NCBI GenBank assembly: GCA_030704615.1
Contig: CM060731.1
Span: forward strand, 61,504,001 to 61,568,000
Length of the DNA: 64,000 nt
Reading direction: 5' to 3'
DNA from: Takakia lepidozioides
Lineage: Eukaryota > Plantae > Bryophyta
In this document: positions 37,250-50,479 of the stretch, piece by piece
Position numbering within the stretch: position 1 is the stretch's first letter
Layout: every line of letters begins with the position of its first letter
Position numbers and translations under genes: made by a program
Notes under the pieces: generated by a model
What the model saw: the letters and a program-made list of their open reading frames with translations, nothing else
Databases searched by the model: none
Told to the model about the DNA's origin: nothing

Positions 37250-39847
37250 CTAAAATATCCAGGAAACCTCATGTTTGTAGACCAATGTTTTGGCAACACC
37301 TGTGATGCCTATCTCAGAAATCCCTGGGCAACCTTCCACACACAAAGTCGAAAGCTTGTTGGAACCAACCAGAGACACAAAGCCCAAGTCGGTGATGCCT
37401 AGACACCGGAACAAGCGGAGCTCACACAAGTTTGATTGACCTACAAACCGAATTCCTTCGTCGCTCACTTCCTGGCACTGTACCAATTGCAGTGTCCGTA
37501 ATGATTCAGATGCACAGACTGCCTGCAGAGTGAAGCTATAAAGTGAGAGCATGACAAGGTTCAAATGACAAAGAATTCCCTGCTTAGTAATTTGAAGCCT
37601 TTGAATAAATTTCCTTCAACTGGGACAGGGATGGACCTTTTGTGACAAATTTGATATAACTGTTCTGTTACCAATCCTTGTCTATGATGTAAACTTTGGG
37701 GGCTTAGCCTCCTTGGAATACTGACCACTACCAAGAGGTAAGGACAGAGGAAGAGAGTCTTGCCTGCATGCCTGTGTCAGTGAAGGAATAGGCCCGGTCC
37801 AACACTAGCACCCGTAACACTGGGCACCACTGGACCAAGGCCAGAATCCCCACCCCTGTGAAGGATGAGAAGAGAGGAAAATTCCCATCTGCAAAGCTGA
37901 TAGCAACTTCCTCCAACTGCAAACAATGTTCTGCTATGCACTTGAGGCTTGTGTCAGTCAGCCTTGGTGCCTCGCCTTGCCTTGCAACCATGGAAAAATT
38001 CGAGGGGACCCTCAAGGAAAGTGATCGAAGTTGAGTGCATCTCATTGCTAGGGGCACTAAATCTACGTCGCGAACCCCAACACACATGTCCAGGGAGAGC
38101 CTTGTGAGAACTTGGCAATGATTGAACACCTGCACCATCACACATCAATCATATACCCATGTCACCAAATCAGCTCCATAGACCTACACATCCAGATACT
38201 ACAGCTGCAGTCTTTCTTATCATCTGGGGCATGGCTCACTTCTGTGAAAGTAGTGGGACCTTCCTACCTGACTGTCAGCGATATCCAACAGCCACAAAGA
38301 GCTAGGCAAGCCCACAGGCCCAATTTCTCCAAAAACACTACTACACAGAGAAGTCATCATATACAAAGGCCAACCTCCAAGGTGACACAGAAGAAGAGCG
38401 TGCCAACTATGGACTGTTGTCAGGTGAAAATTTTACAGCAGGCAGCGCGGGAAGACAATTGCTTGCCCAAACCAAACCTTCCACATGAAGACAAGCCATA
38501 ACAGTAGCCAAATAGGGTCAGCAGGAGGGAGAGTACCTCCCACCACGTTGACCTCTCCAAAGAATTGGCCAGTCAAACATATAATGGCGAGCACATGCAC
38601 ACACAACACATACAAATGGGAGTTCATACGTGAGCCAAGCCCTGGCCAGGGTTCGCTACGCAGTTGGTGAGACTCAACACTCTGAGTGCCTTGCAAATAG
38701 GATCTTGTAGCTGACTGTTGCTATCCTTAGCCACAAACACCTCCATATACCGCTGTGTTGGATCCACCTCAAAATAGAACTCTTGCAATCGCCTCCAGCC
38801 ATTTCCAAGCTTTGCAACATCTCCTTCCCCTATCCCTTTGCAGTACTTGATAGACAGGTGCTCCAATTTGCCTTTGCGGCCCAATAATTCCAGCCACTCC
38901 ATGCTCTTCACTTGCATGCAGCGCGTCAGCTGCAGTGTAGTGATGCTCTGACATCCTGACACTAAAGACAGAAGGCCGCGCCCTGACAACCACATGGCAA
39001 CTTATCATTGGACATCAGTTTGGACACATCAAGAGAATTCTAACAATTATTACAATAAACGAGACCTGGATGGAGTATACAAAACCTTCAAGTTACAAAT
39101 TTAGTAAGCAGCTGTCCTGCATTTGAGGTGATTGCATATAGCAAAATTTTACAAGACCTTCAGGGACATCGACCGGCCAGCTATCTCCAAATCAACAAAT
39201 AAATAAAAGAACGGTATGCTGTGTTAAGCTGATGAGAAAGGGCTGCTGGAACTTCAATTGACAAGGCTTTGCCATAGGAGACTGAATTCTGTCAGAACAG
39301 TCCTTCTTGTTTTGATGAGATCTTCATATACCAGCATCCAAATTCTTCTTACAGCGATCGGCATACCTGTTATTCCAGGGATGAAATTGAGATGCAGAGT
39401 TTTCAGCTTCGCCCCAAAATTGGCTAGTTTTGCAAACCCTGGATCTCGAATGAAGCCACAAAAGCTTAGAGTCAAATTGGTCAGCGCCCTGCATTCTGAG
39501 CCTAAGATGAAGAGGCCTTCGTCATCAATCTGTTCGCCATCGTTCGAGAGCCATCCAGAGTAGGTGATCTCGACAGTGGTCAACTGTGGAAACCTTTTGC
39601 AGAGAGAGGATAGGGCGTTGCTTGCCGGATGCAATCCACAGCCTACTTTCAGATAGCTTCGCTGCGCACGTTCCATCTCATAGAACCGCCTACACACCAG
39701 TGCCATGCAGTTCCTCTCCATAGTGCTCTTCACGCGGGCCATTATTTCCCACAGCACCTCATCTGGAAGAGCCTCCGTTGTATCCTCTCCTTCTTGCCCT
39801 AAGAGATACACCGCACCTTTCTCATCTTCTTCCTGTTTGAATTCCAT
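37250..39847 (-). CDS. FBL14: F-box/LRR-repeat protein 14-like
   Basis: LPDEVLWEIM..RNCMALVCRRF..LKVGCGLHPA..LCKRFP..YSGW..QIDDEGL. Exons 39847-39367, 38982-38630, 38129-37764, 37522-37250; the last intron is GC-AG. Confidence 0.88.
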
Positions 39848-40894
39848 TGACTGCCTGAATTGATATAATCCACCTCATGGATCGTCCATGCTTCTTCCTC
39901 CTCAAAATCCTCACCCACATCTACCCTGCTTCTTTCTTAGATCTCCACATGATCAACATATTTGCACTAAGAAACGATAAGAAATATGTAATCCTCCAAT
40001 TCCCTTCTACACAATCTTTGCCCTCATGTACTTACAACAGTCCATAGCTTCTGCTCGCTGTAAGTTTCTCTCACCAATCTGTACAGCGAAATCAAATTCA
40101 CCAAATCTAAGGGAATTCTGCACCCAAGTCACAGTATATGATATACCCATCATGATCCAATTCCTACTCTATTCACTCAGCTTACCCCAAATCATCATAT
40201 CTAGTTCTGAATCCCGTCCGATCAGGTCCAACGCCTCATCTATATTCTTTTCCAACTGCACCTCCTCCGACTCGTGACATCTATTCCTGAAATATATCCG
40301 ACCATCTCATCAAACCAAATGATGGCGCGCAATTCATCTGAACACTGATACAGTTATGGAAACACGTCATATCCGAGTTCCATTCCGCCATTTTCTCTGC
40401 TCAATCCAAACGATAGGTAAGAAGAAATGCGCAGCAACAATTTCGGTGAACGCCATTCCTCCCACGCTCTCCATCTCGTTTCTCACGTACCACATTCTTT
40501 ACTTTTTACTCCACCATTCGAATTTTGATCCCGTTTGACCTGGAGTGAATCTCTGGTAGATTCAGGGATGGAAGTAGAGACAGATGATAATTGGATGAAT
40601 AGGTTCCGTGTGTCACCCTGTTGATGTTCTTATATGGGACCCATATCTCCATGTTACCGCCATTTTTTCTTCTGAACCTTTTGCTCTCTCCAGCAAAGTT
40701 CTGGCTTTGCAACAATTTGTTGCACTCTTGCACTGGTAGAATTTTCTAGATTGTTCCTGCATTCTTCCTTGTCACAATTTCCCAAGGATGGAAGCTATGG
40801 ATGCTCCGCCTGAAGGAAACGACCTTCATCAATAGGAGAAGGTGACACCTAAGAACCTTGAACGCATCCAGAGAGGTAGAGGAAGAGATTGTAC

Positions 40895-42150
40895 TCATAA
40901 GACGTTGTTTGCTGTAGCCTTGTGGCCATTGACCCCGCACCCAGTTTGAGCGGGAACAAAAGGGACAGAACCTACCTCTGTCAGGGGCTGACGTTGGTAG
41001 TAAGACTTACCTCCATATAAAGAATTAATCCGGGTTTTCCAGATATCCTCTAGAAATCCCTTCACACAAGCATCAATCTGCTGTGTGTGATTTGCCCAAA
41101 AACTAGGCCTCAGGAGGGCCTGGGCTTTTGGCTCAGCCTCGAGACTTTCAAAGTTGGTAAACAGGGGTACAGGCACAATTCCCTTAATAGATTTGAAGAG
41201 AGCGTCTCTTTGGTGAGAGAACCCCGGACAGTGTATCAGAAAATGAATATTGTCTTCAGATTGCCCACACAACGGGCAATTGCACTCTCCCTTTCCTCTC
41301 TGCTTCTGTTTGCTGTTCAAAGGTAGGCTTCCTGCCCTGAGTTTAAATTTCAGTCTAGTGTCGAGAGTGGGTAGACCCTTGAGGTCATCCAAGATGTCCT
41401 CCCCCATGTCACAGACTGGAAACAAGTTCAGGGAAGTTTTCTGCCTAACTTCATTTTCATCAGACAATCTCATGGCAACAGACATGGCTGAGGACACTAC
41501 AGCCTCTAAGTCAGATTTATCCAGCAGGGTCACGACTTGCGGATCCAGGTCCAGGTCCTTGAGGATCTCTTCTACTCTCTTCAGCCAGGACTTAGCCTGT
41601 TTGACAGGGTGGTCCTGTTTCCAAGATATAGAGTCGATTAATTTAGGATATCTGGTGTTGGGCATATGTTGCAGCTGACCCCACCATCTGACCTTGAATT
41701 CATCTCGTCGGGAGCTTAAGGACAGAATGCCAAACTCACCCCGAACAGCCACATTGGCTGTTTTGGAGCATGCTGACATACACTCCTTAAGCACCCCCAC
41801 TTGAATGGATTCTAGAGACTTAGCCTGGTTGGAGTTATCAACCCATATAGCAGATCCGTACTCCAAGGTAGGTCTAATAACGCGACAAAGCATGGTTTTC
41901 TTAACCTCAGAGTTGACCCCTCTGCAGTGGAAAAATTTAGTGAGCCCCAGAGCTTTCCCCTTTCCAGTTTGAACAACTTTCCGGATATGTGCATCCCAAT
42001 TACAATTGGAGGAGAACTCAACGCCCAGGTAAGTGTAGGAAGGGAGGACCGGGATCTCTTGGCTACCCCACTGCCACTTAAGATCACTTCCTCCCTCTCC
42101 TCTGTCGTTGAATGCTACCACTGCACATTTGCTGACATTAGCCTCTAGCC
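40895..42150 (-). mobile_element. 5'-truncated non-LTR retrotransposon (RT thumb plus C-terminal zinc finger), apparently not L1
   Basis: Open ORF of ~420 aa: WGLEANVSKCAV..YTYLGV..WDAHI..IRPTLEYGSAIW..LESIQ..AVRGEFG..FKLRAG..CPLCGQSEDNIHFLIHC. Confidence 0.85.
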
Positions 42151-42602
42151 CCCAAAGATCAAAGGTAGAGGAAGAGAGTTCACATGGAAGGTGGCCCTTA
42201 GGCTGGTTCGGTGCTAATGGCAAGCATTGCCTTCCAAAACATTCCACGCTAATTAATCAATCCTCCACATAAGAGATCAAAATCAGTAGAAAATGCATGG
42301 CACCAGAAGCTGCCTTTCACTACTGTGAAACTCTTGTTCTTGGAGTCACCGTCTCCCACATTGTCTCTAGCCTCGGATGTTTGATCACCAACCTACACTA
42401 TTCTTTTGGCCTGAAAGATTGCTCCCTCCACGTCTCTATACAAATTCATCAACTACTGCCAAACTTTTGGTTTTGGAGAAGCCTTCTACAACTTGTCTCT
42501 TCACTGCGAGTGTCCCTTGATCCCCATCCTACACTGAACTTTTCAGCATAGCTAGAAAACGCTGCCCCTCTAAATCTACATACAGAGCATACTCTTCCTA
42601 GC

Positions 42603-45600
42603 TTACACTGTCTGAGAAGACCCGTTGTCAGTTGGGCCAAATCCAAGAACCAGGTCCGCTGCGTTAGGAGCCCTGCAATCAAACATCAGGATGAAAGCAA
42701 TTAGCTTCAGCTGTTACTCTTCAAACATTCCACAGGGGGCGATGTGAGATCACGCAACTTTTGGATCCGGCAGATACTTCTTTCAACATAAAGGAATGCA
42801 AATATATCATGGAATAAGTCTGTGACCAGACACAAGTTTAGAAAAAACAATCTCCAATGCACTCTGAGCTCTGGGGAGCTCAAATTAGACCTGGGAGTGC
42901 TCCATTGCCAGATCCGCAATCAATGTGTAGTCACCAGGTGAAGATGAACAGTTAAAACAAAAAAATTCTTGATGTGGTTTCTCAAACAGGGCCCTCCCCC
43001 AACAGACAACCCTCCTTGGTGTCTTCATCCTCTGAAGCTTGTGGCATGAAAGGACAATATGTACACAGTGTTGTTATCCATTTTGGTCAACATGCAAAAC
43101 AAAGTCGATAGTGGCTTACCATGCTTCGGGGGTGGGGTACATGACGGCTGTGGAACCAAAACAGGAGGCCAGCATTTCTGTGTTGAGAACACCTGGGTTG
43201 AGAGCAATGGCTGCCATCCCATTGGGCAGCTCTTTGGCTAACGAACGTGTCATACCCTCAATAGCCCACTTTGAGGTGCAATATGCTGAAACCTGTTCCA
43301 GTCAACAACCCTTGTTCAGCCAGACCTCAGTGCAGAGCTTTAGCCGACCCACACAGATAGCTGGGTCATGATGCAACTATTGAGTAGAACAGGCCCAATC
43401 TTCTTGGCAACCTGAAACTATTACCAGGCACTCTGACAGCTTGCCACCATAAACAAGTAGCCAGAATGTGGATTACAAGACTTTGACAAACTCTCTCCAC
43501 AATTACACCACAAGACACTAGCTACAGTCAGTCGCATTGATAAGTCAGAAGATTGAAACTACTTAAGGGGAAGCCAGGGCGTCACTGACATGAAGCAAGG
43601 AGGGCAGAGTGCAAAAGAAGGAACAAAATTTACCTCTGCAGCAGCCGACCGACCCCAACTTGAGGAGATATTCACAATAACTCCCCGATTTCTCAAGATC
43701 ATGTGTGGTGCAAAATGACGGATGCAATTTGCAGTCCCTTTGACATTGATGTCCAGCACCCCATCAAACTCATCTTTAGGAATTTCCCACAACTTACCAT
43801 TTTTGTTGATAATGCCTGCGTTGTTCACTGGCATTTCATGGATGGCCATCAATACCCACAAGCTGCATATATTATCTGATCATAAGGGATTTCCATTCTT
43901 TTTGGCACAGAAGAGCATGGAGAAACAGACTGTACACTACTCTAAATATGCCTCTGACCAGATTGCTGCTGGTCATTTTCCCACAGCAAGCGCCACTAGG
44001 CCTGTGCAGTCGTCTAGGCCATGGCAAGGGCATACAGCCTTATCTATACTACCATCTAAGATATAAATTGTGAGACCATGCAAAGGGAAAAGAGAGACCT
44101 CAATTCACATACCAAGAATGTCTGGGACTCCTTTAGCTTCAAGAACCGCGTTGGCAAAGTCAGAGACACTGCTGTCTGAAGCCTGCCAAGACAAGAACCA
44201 GATCAACCACATCTCCTAGGAGACTAGGTTCCACCTTTTTGGTTTTGTATTCATTGTTTGCATGTCCAACTGCCAACAATTCAAGGATATCACTGATCAA
44301 CCAGTTCAACAAAATCAGCAATGTGTTGCCACATGGAGGTATTGTGGAAAAACAAGGCCTTAAACAAGGCCTCAAAGCCTTACCACACAGATGCTGATCT
44401 GATTTTGGTGGTTTACAAAATCTCTGGGGATTGATGAATGATAACTTTCGAGTCCACTCGAGGCCCCAAGGCCCAATTGATGGACCCATGGTGAAATTGC
44501 AAAAATGAGTCAAGGAATATGGCCTGATAATTGCATCTGTCTCATGAATCAGTGCTAATGATTTTCAAACCACTGATACAGAAATAGAGGGTCGAGATAA
44601 CTATTACAAAATCAAAACCTTACTATGCAGTCTCATTCCAACTATTCCAGAGCTCTGATTAGGATGTTTGTACTCCCTTGCGTAAGATGTCATTGAAGTA
44701 CACAATAAAAAAGACACCCTCTTGAGGTCAAAGCCCCCAAAACCCAAGACATGACCAACATAGGCACGCCATAAGCATCAAGGCAATGACCCCTTTGAAT
44801 TCACATTCATTTAGTAATATATTGAGAAGATGAAGATAACAGTTCAGGAACCCAACCTACTCACCACATCTGCGATTTTGAGGAGATGCTTGGGTCCCAT
44901 CTGTGACCTCAAAGTTGCCAGAGTGTTTTCGTCACGGCCACACCCTGCCACAACATGGCCCCTTGCTGCCATCTCCAACGCCAGTGCTCTCCCCAATCCT
45001 TTGGTAACACCTGTGATCACTACTAACCTCCCTTCACGCCCCACCAAACTTGCATAGTCAAACCACTTGAGAAGAGAACTTCCATCAGGTGCCTTTCCTA
45101 CAATTGAAAACAAATTGTCAACCACTTGAGAATGTAAGAACGAAGCTTTTCTATGTCCCGGTTGTTACAGCTGGTGAGCGAAAGGGTTGAAGCAGAGACA
45201 TTTCATTACATTTGGACGTAGTGATATACAAGTGTCTACAAACTCGTTCACCACTCTCCCTTCCCTTCACCCCGATTTGCGTTAACGATTTGCAAAGCTT
45301 TGCTCCCCATACAAATAGACACATCCAATGACTGACAAGCCACAAGCTCCACTCAAAATTGAGAAAATGTTTGTGGCAAAAAGACCACAGAATAGGTGGT
45401 CTCTGAGGTGAACACTACAATAGCATACTGACCTCCGAATCACGTCCATTCTCCTAAATCTTCATTACGAACATGCACCAGCCACTTAAACCGAATAAAC
45501 TGCACTTGACTCGCATAGAACACGTCATTCTCCCTTAGAACTGCACATCACCCGTGACTCCAAGAAAAACACTAACAAAGAAATTAGAAAGAACCGAGAG

Positions 45601-45675
45601 TCTAGTAGTCACCGTACCAGCACGAGGTCCGGGAGTGCCTATGGCTGCTGCTTGCAGGCCACCTTTCATGGCCAT
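42603..45675 (-). CDS. Short-chain dehydrogenase/reductase, NADPH-dependent pterin aldehyde reductase-like
   Basis: Exons 45675-45618, 45097-44863 (VVITGVTKGLGRALALEMAARGH), ~44190-44113, 43828-43634 (NNAGIINKN..VNISSSWGRS), ~43291-43120 (AYCTSKWAIEG), ~42672-42603. Has the TGxxxGLG and YxxxK motifs. Confidence 0.88.
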
Positions 45676-46249
45676 TCTCGCAGATCTTTGAGAAACGATT
45701 GTTCTCTCCAAAGCACAATAATGCTTTTAGGTTTCCGATATTAGGGTTTGAGCATGCACACGCTGGGATGCCGACCACACTTCCAAAATTACAGAGAGGA
45801 ATGTTTGTGGATGGCTGCAATTTATCAGCATTTCACTCACTGAAACATCTCTCTTCTCTTCTATGCCCTTGCACTTCTACTGTGTGGCTTGAGGGAGGTC
45901 ACTACGTGTACCTTGATTTGATGCACTGGCCTGTGCAACTGAAGAAGGGGCCGGTCAAGGATGGGCGAGGACATTCTACCAACTACGCCTCCAGAAGGAA
46001 GCGTAAATTATGGAGTCTCTTCATCCCAAGGGACCTACTGCCTCCAGTTGGAAGGCACAAACTCCTAACTCCTAACCAATAGGCTACCTGCTTGATGAGC
46101 ACAGAACTAAGAAATGTTAAGGTATTCAATTTTCCTGAATTAGTAATGATGTGGTCTCCAAGAGAAAGCATCTCCACCAAAAGGGTCGAAACCCCAAAAC
46201 AATGGTACCAAATTGGTAAAGCCTGTAGGCTGTGATGGACTTAAGCCCT

Positions 46250-47225
46250 TGAAGAGATACCAGACAGTCTACAGGCCAGTAGCGGTACATGATATTCAGC
46301 AATTGGAATAACTCCAGTTCTGGGTCTCTTGGAAATAGTACTTTTGTTCCTAGGGTTTGTAAACTGACTCAGGTCCATGAAGCGAACCATCTTCCTGCCG
46401 ATACTTGCGTGGAAGTATGAAATGACTTCAGTCTCAATACATCTGCTCATATATTCTGTCGAGTGTGGGTTTGTTCATCAACGTTCTGCCAAAAGGGCAT
46501 CAACAAGAACTTGCAAGAGCCATACCTTGTTTCGCATATTGTCTTCTCCTTTTCCTAGGCATTTGTAACTCAGCAAAAGTAATGGCCATTAAGTAGCCAA
46601 GATATTGAGCCACATATCACCCACAGGGCCACATCAAAAGGTTCCTCTGCTTCAAAGTTGGGAACAAGAAATGAACTTGGTGGAAACATTGAGAAGCTTA
46701 GCAATAAACATTTTGATTACTTAGATCAAACACCATCAACATATTTCCACAGTTTGTGTTTGAGCAAACCAGACTGGATAACATGATGTAGAAAAAGATT
46801 CATACTTAAGGAGATGGTTCTTCAATAGCAAGAATTTTTTTATTGAAAGGGCTTCTCCAAATATGGCATATGCGTCCCCGGGTGTGGGTTGTAAGGCTAA
46901 TAAGGTGGAGCTACCAAGAACTCCAATGGTGTGTAAGATGATGGAACCCATTGTTGGAGCCTGTGCATTTGCCAAGCTACGCATAGATCTTGTAGGACCT
47001 TTGAATTCCACATGCAAGGGCAACTGGTACATGACTCTAGCAACAGACCATCTGAACCAAGTGGAAAGGAGGAGGGCTGGCCTGTGTGGCCGAAACACAG
47101 CCCTTCACTGCACAGTCTGCAGGGCCAGGGGATATGTTCCCCAAAAAACAGATTCTTCAAGGCCAATGCTCCACATACACTGTCAATCACTGCTAGAAAG
47201 ATATTCCATTACTAGGGCAGTCTAA
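46250..47225 (+). mobile_element. Degenerate Ty3/gypsy pol remnant (integrase region)
   Basis: ORF 46863-47225 contains PIVGACAFAKLRIDLVGPLNST..GNWYMTLATDH, resembling the integrase core start (F..W.ID.VGPL..Y.LVA.D). Boundaries uncertain. Confidence 0.55.
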
Positions 47226-47603
47226 CAAACTTTATTTCTCAAGCTTTAGAGCCAGTGGGTGGTGCTAAATACCAAAAAAATGTCAAGATCACAATGTTTG
47301 GAAGGGGGCCAGAGACATGTTTGTTTTTAAATCAACTAGGAATTTGAAAATAAATTCCTGGTAGAAGAATTGGTAGTCAGTGGTTCCAATCTGTTTAGGT
47401 ATTTCGACTAATTCTCACAAGAAAGCAGCCGTCATTATCTAGCAAGCTTGCAATTGGAACACCATCATTCCATTAGAGATCGCCAACGCCCCAAGAAGAG
47501 TTGTTGAAGCCACTTATGCAAAATTGAACTCATCAATCACTAGATCTCATCCACCTCAATCAAAATGTGTCTAGGAGGTCCATGACAGAATGTCGGCTAG
47601 CAT

Positions 47604-50117
47604 CTACAGTATTTGTGCTGCTGTATTGAGTTTCTCTGCCAATGAGAGCTGTGTACGTGTCAAGTTGGCCAGATATAGGACCAACAAAATGTCCTGCAGC
47701 ATTCACCCATACCCAAACATCAGTGACAGGTACACTCTGCAGCTACCCTGTGTGGGACCACTGCCAACACTAAATGTTGTTGTTTTCATCGAACAGTCAG
47801 CAACTGTGAAAAAGGAGTGGCAGCAACTGGACAAGACTTTTTAAAATTTTGTACATACCTGGACACTGTCATTGAAGAGTTTGTCGAATGCATCAGAGGA
47901 GACCCTGGGGACTGAAGCAATGGTATCAGCAAGGTATCTGCCAATTGCATTGTCAGGGGCCACTCGCCCCTCCTGTTTACACATCAGAAAGAGCACAGTT
48001 AGACAATCACTGATGGGGCCACTGCAATTGGTTGGACATCCATGGATAAAGATTAACAGTGCCCAGTCTGTTCAAACACGTGTTTTCTTTTTCCCTCTAG
48101 CCAAGGAGAGAAGGGAGGTAGGCAGGGTACCTACAGTGGTGGACCAGCGACCTCATCTGGCAGTAGCATGGCATGCATAACACTCGTCACTGACAAAGAA
48201 CTAAGTGATCTGATTGCTGCTGCAACTCAATAGGTGAAATAGACTAAGGAAACCCTCAAGGCACAGCCATACTGCATTTGCACAAGCTGCTGTACCATAT
48301 AAGAGTGTGTAACTTATTTGGGAGCACTTGGGGAAAAGATTAGGTTAAATAGTCCCTGGTCATCGGGTAACCTTCGACTGCAGTACAATAACAGTGAAGC
48401 TTCTAAATGCCACAATGTTTGAGCATGTGCATATATAGAGGGGGAAGGCCCAAAAACTCACCACCACGTCATCAACATATCTAAATACTGTATCAATCAT
48501 GCTTTGCAGCCTCTCAATGGTCCCCTCAAGCCCTTCGAGGTCATTTGGCAGCTTGTCCACTACCGTCTTCTTCAAAACATCAACTGCCATCGCCCCAACA
48601 TTTTCCAAATCACTATCACATAACACAAAGACCATGATTTGCAGGGGTTCCTTCCAGAGAACAGACCATTATGGGAACTAATATGATGATAGCCAGCACA
48701 TTAAGTCTCTTTCTCTCTCCTTTCTCTCGTCTCTTCTCCATCCCTTACTTGACTGGTGCAATTCCCACAACCCGTACAAAACAGTCCTGCCTGACACAGA
48801 CTTGTACGATTAAAACCCTCTCAATCGAAACAGCAGGTCTTGCATTGAACACCACTCCATACATCAGATCATCCTCCTCCATTGACCCTTCTTTTCCATT
48901 CCACAGATAGGTCTGGTCCAGTCCACACATATATCGGACAGAAAGGAGCAATGGACCAAGGTCCTTTGCAAAAGTGAATCGAAAGAACCATGAAAGGGTA
49001 AAAATAAACTTACATCCCACTCTCTCTGCCTCAAGCAAACGCAAGTCAAGCTGTATCTCATGGAATTGCGCTGCAAGCTGTCGGTCCCCCAGTGTGAGGG
49101 GAGTTGATACGTAGGCCTTGATATTAGCACGCTCATCAGTGAATGCTGTGTCAACAGTCAAGTGTACTGGGTTGCTTACTTCCCTTCCATAAAAATCTTG
49201 GATCAATGCATCGCTCCCACTCACGCCAGAGCCAGTTGAATACCTTCCAACCCAAAAATTGCATCCTGTAACTTAGTTTCCTTATCCAATATGTTGCAAT
49301 TGCAAGACTTCTTAAAGATTGAGATACTGAGGGGCATGGTTGTTCATTTCAGAACAACAGTTTCTCTTCCCACGCTCTACCCAAGTTTTGTTGCATGTGA
49401 CACAAAAGAGACGAATCTGAAACCACTATAATGTAGATTCAGGATTCTCAATATTGACCTAGCTTTCCCTGTCAGTTAGGAAGAAGGGTACTGAATGGAA
49501 TTGGAAGAGCAGATCAGAAAACTAATCTCCAGCATGGCCAAGAACTACCAAACTACTTCAAAGTAGCAGAAAGTACCAGCCAATGATGACTTCTTTGGGG
49601 TTAACCCGCTGATGTAGCTCAAACATGGAGCGATGATAATCAATGTCCACTGCCACCTACGCACACCCCCCATTCTGCTGAGTATCCGTGAAAAATAAAG
49701 CCAAGATCTGAAACGAAAGCCACTTCTGTTGCCACAGGGAAATTCTAGATGGTTTACCTGAATTGTGCAAGTGACATTGCAAAGGCTTACCGGATTTTTT
49801 GAGTCCCAGACCTCCTCCAGTGCAGGGGTAGGGGCTGGTTGGCCTAATGACCTATAGCAACACATTGAGTAAAAGAAAAAGGAGCTAAAGATCAAAAGAG
49901 ATACCTGATCCAATGACTCGTTGTGAGGAACAGCGTAGGAGTTTCGAATTTCCACGGTGCCATCGCCAGAGACGGAACCTAGCAGCGTCCCAATGACACG
50001 CTCCTGCTGATCGTTGCGGCGTATGAAAGAATCACAGATGTTGAAAAGAACGGTTGGATGCAGTTTACCAACAACCCCCGTCGGCCCTGACGGCAGGTGA
50101 AGAACCGTGCTCCCCAT
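47604..50117 (-). CDS. eIF3f: Eukaryotic translation initiation factor 3 subunit F (MPN domain)
   Basis: KLHPTVLFNICDSFIRR..ERVIGTLLG..NSYAVPHNES|VAVDIDYH..VNPKEVIIGW|YSTG..HLTVDT..AERVG|FDVLK..|..|DILLVLYLANLTRTQLSLAEKLNTAAQIL; six exons, GT-AG. Confidence 0.95.
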
Positions 50118-50257
50118 ACTCCCCCACCTCACACTACGAGGGTAAGAGCGCAAAACGAGGGTAAGAGCGCAAGATATGATCGAACGCCGGAAATGTCGAT
50201 AGCAGCAACTGTGGGGAATGCGGCAAGGTGCGGAAGGGATGACCTCCGAGCCTGATT

Positions 50258-50270
50258 TAGGGTTTGGGCC
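50258..50270 (-). promoter_or_regulatory. Telo-box (AAACCCTA) abutting a site II element (TGGGCC) upstream of eIF3f
   Basis: TAGGGTTTGGGCC about 140 bp upstream of the ATG; this combination is characteristic of plant translation-machinery promoters. Confidence 0.65.
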
Positions 50271-50479
50271 AAAACCTAGAACCCCGGTTCGTAAACCCCT
50301 GTCTAATTTTTTTTTTCCTCTCTAATTTATTTTGTAGTTGTTAAAAAAGAAAACAAAAGGAATGATGTATGCAGGCGTGCGATCTGACAGTACTTCCGGC
50401 GGATTCACCGTAGGCTCGTCCGGCAGGTCCCCTGTCAAATTCTCCCCACCCCCTCTTACCCCTGATTAACTATTAACTA

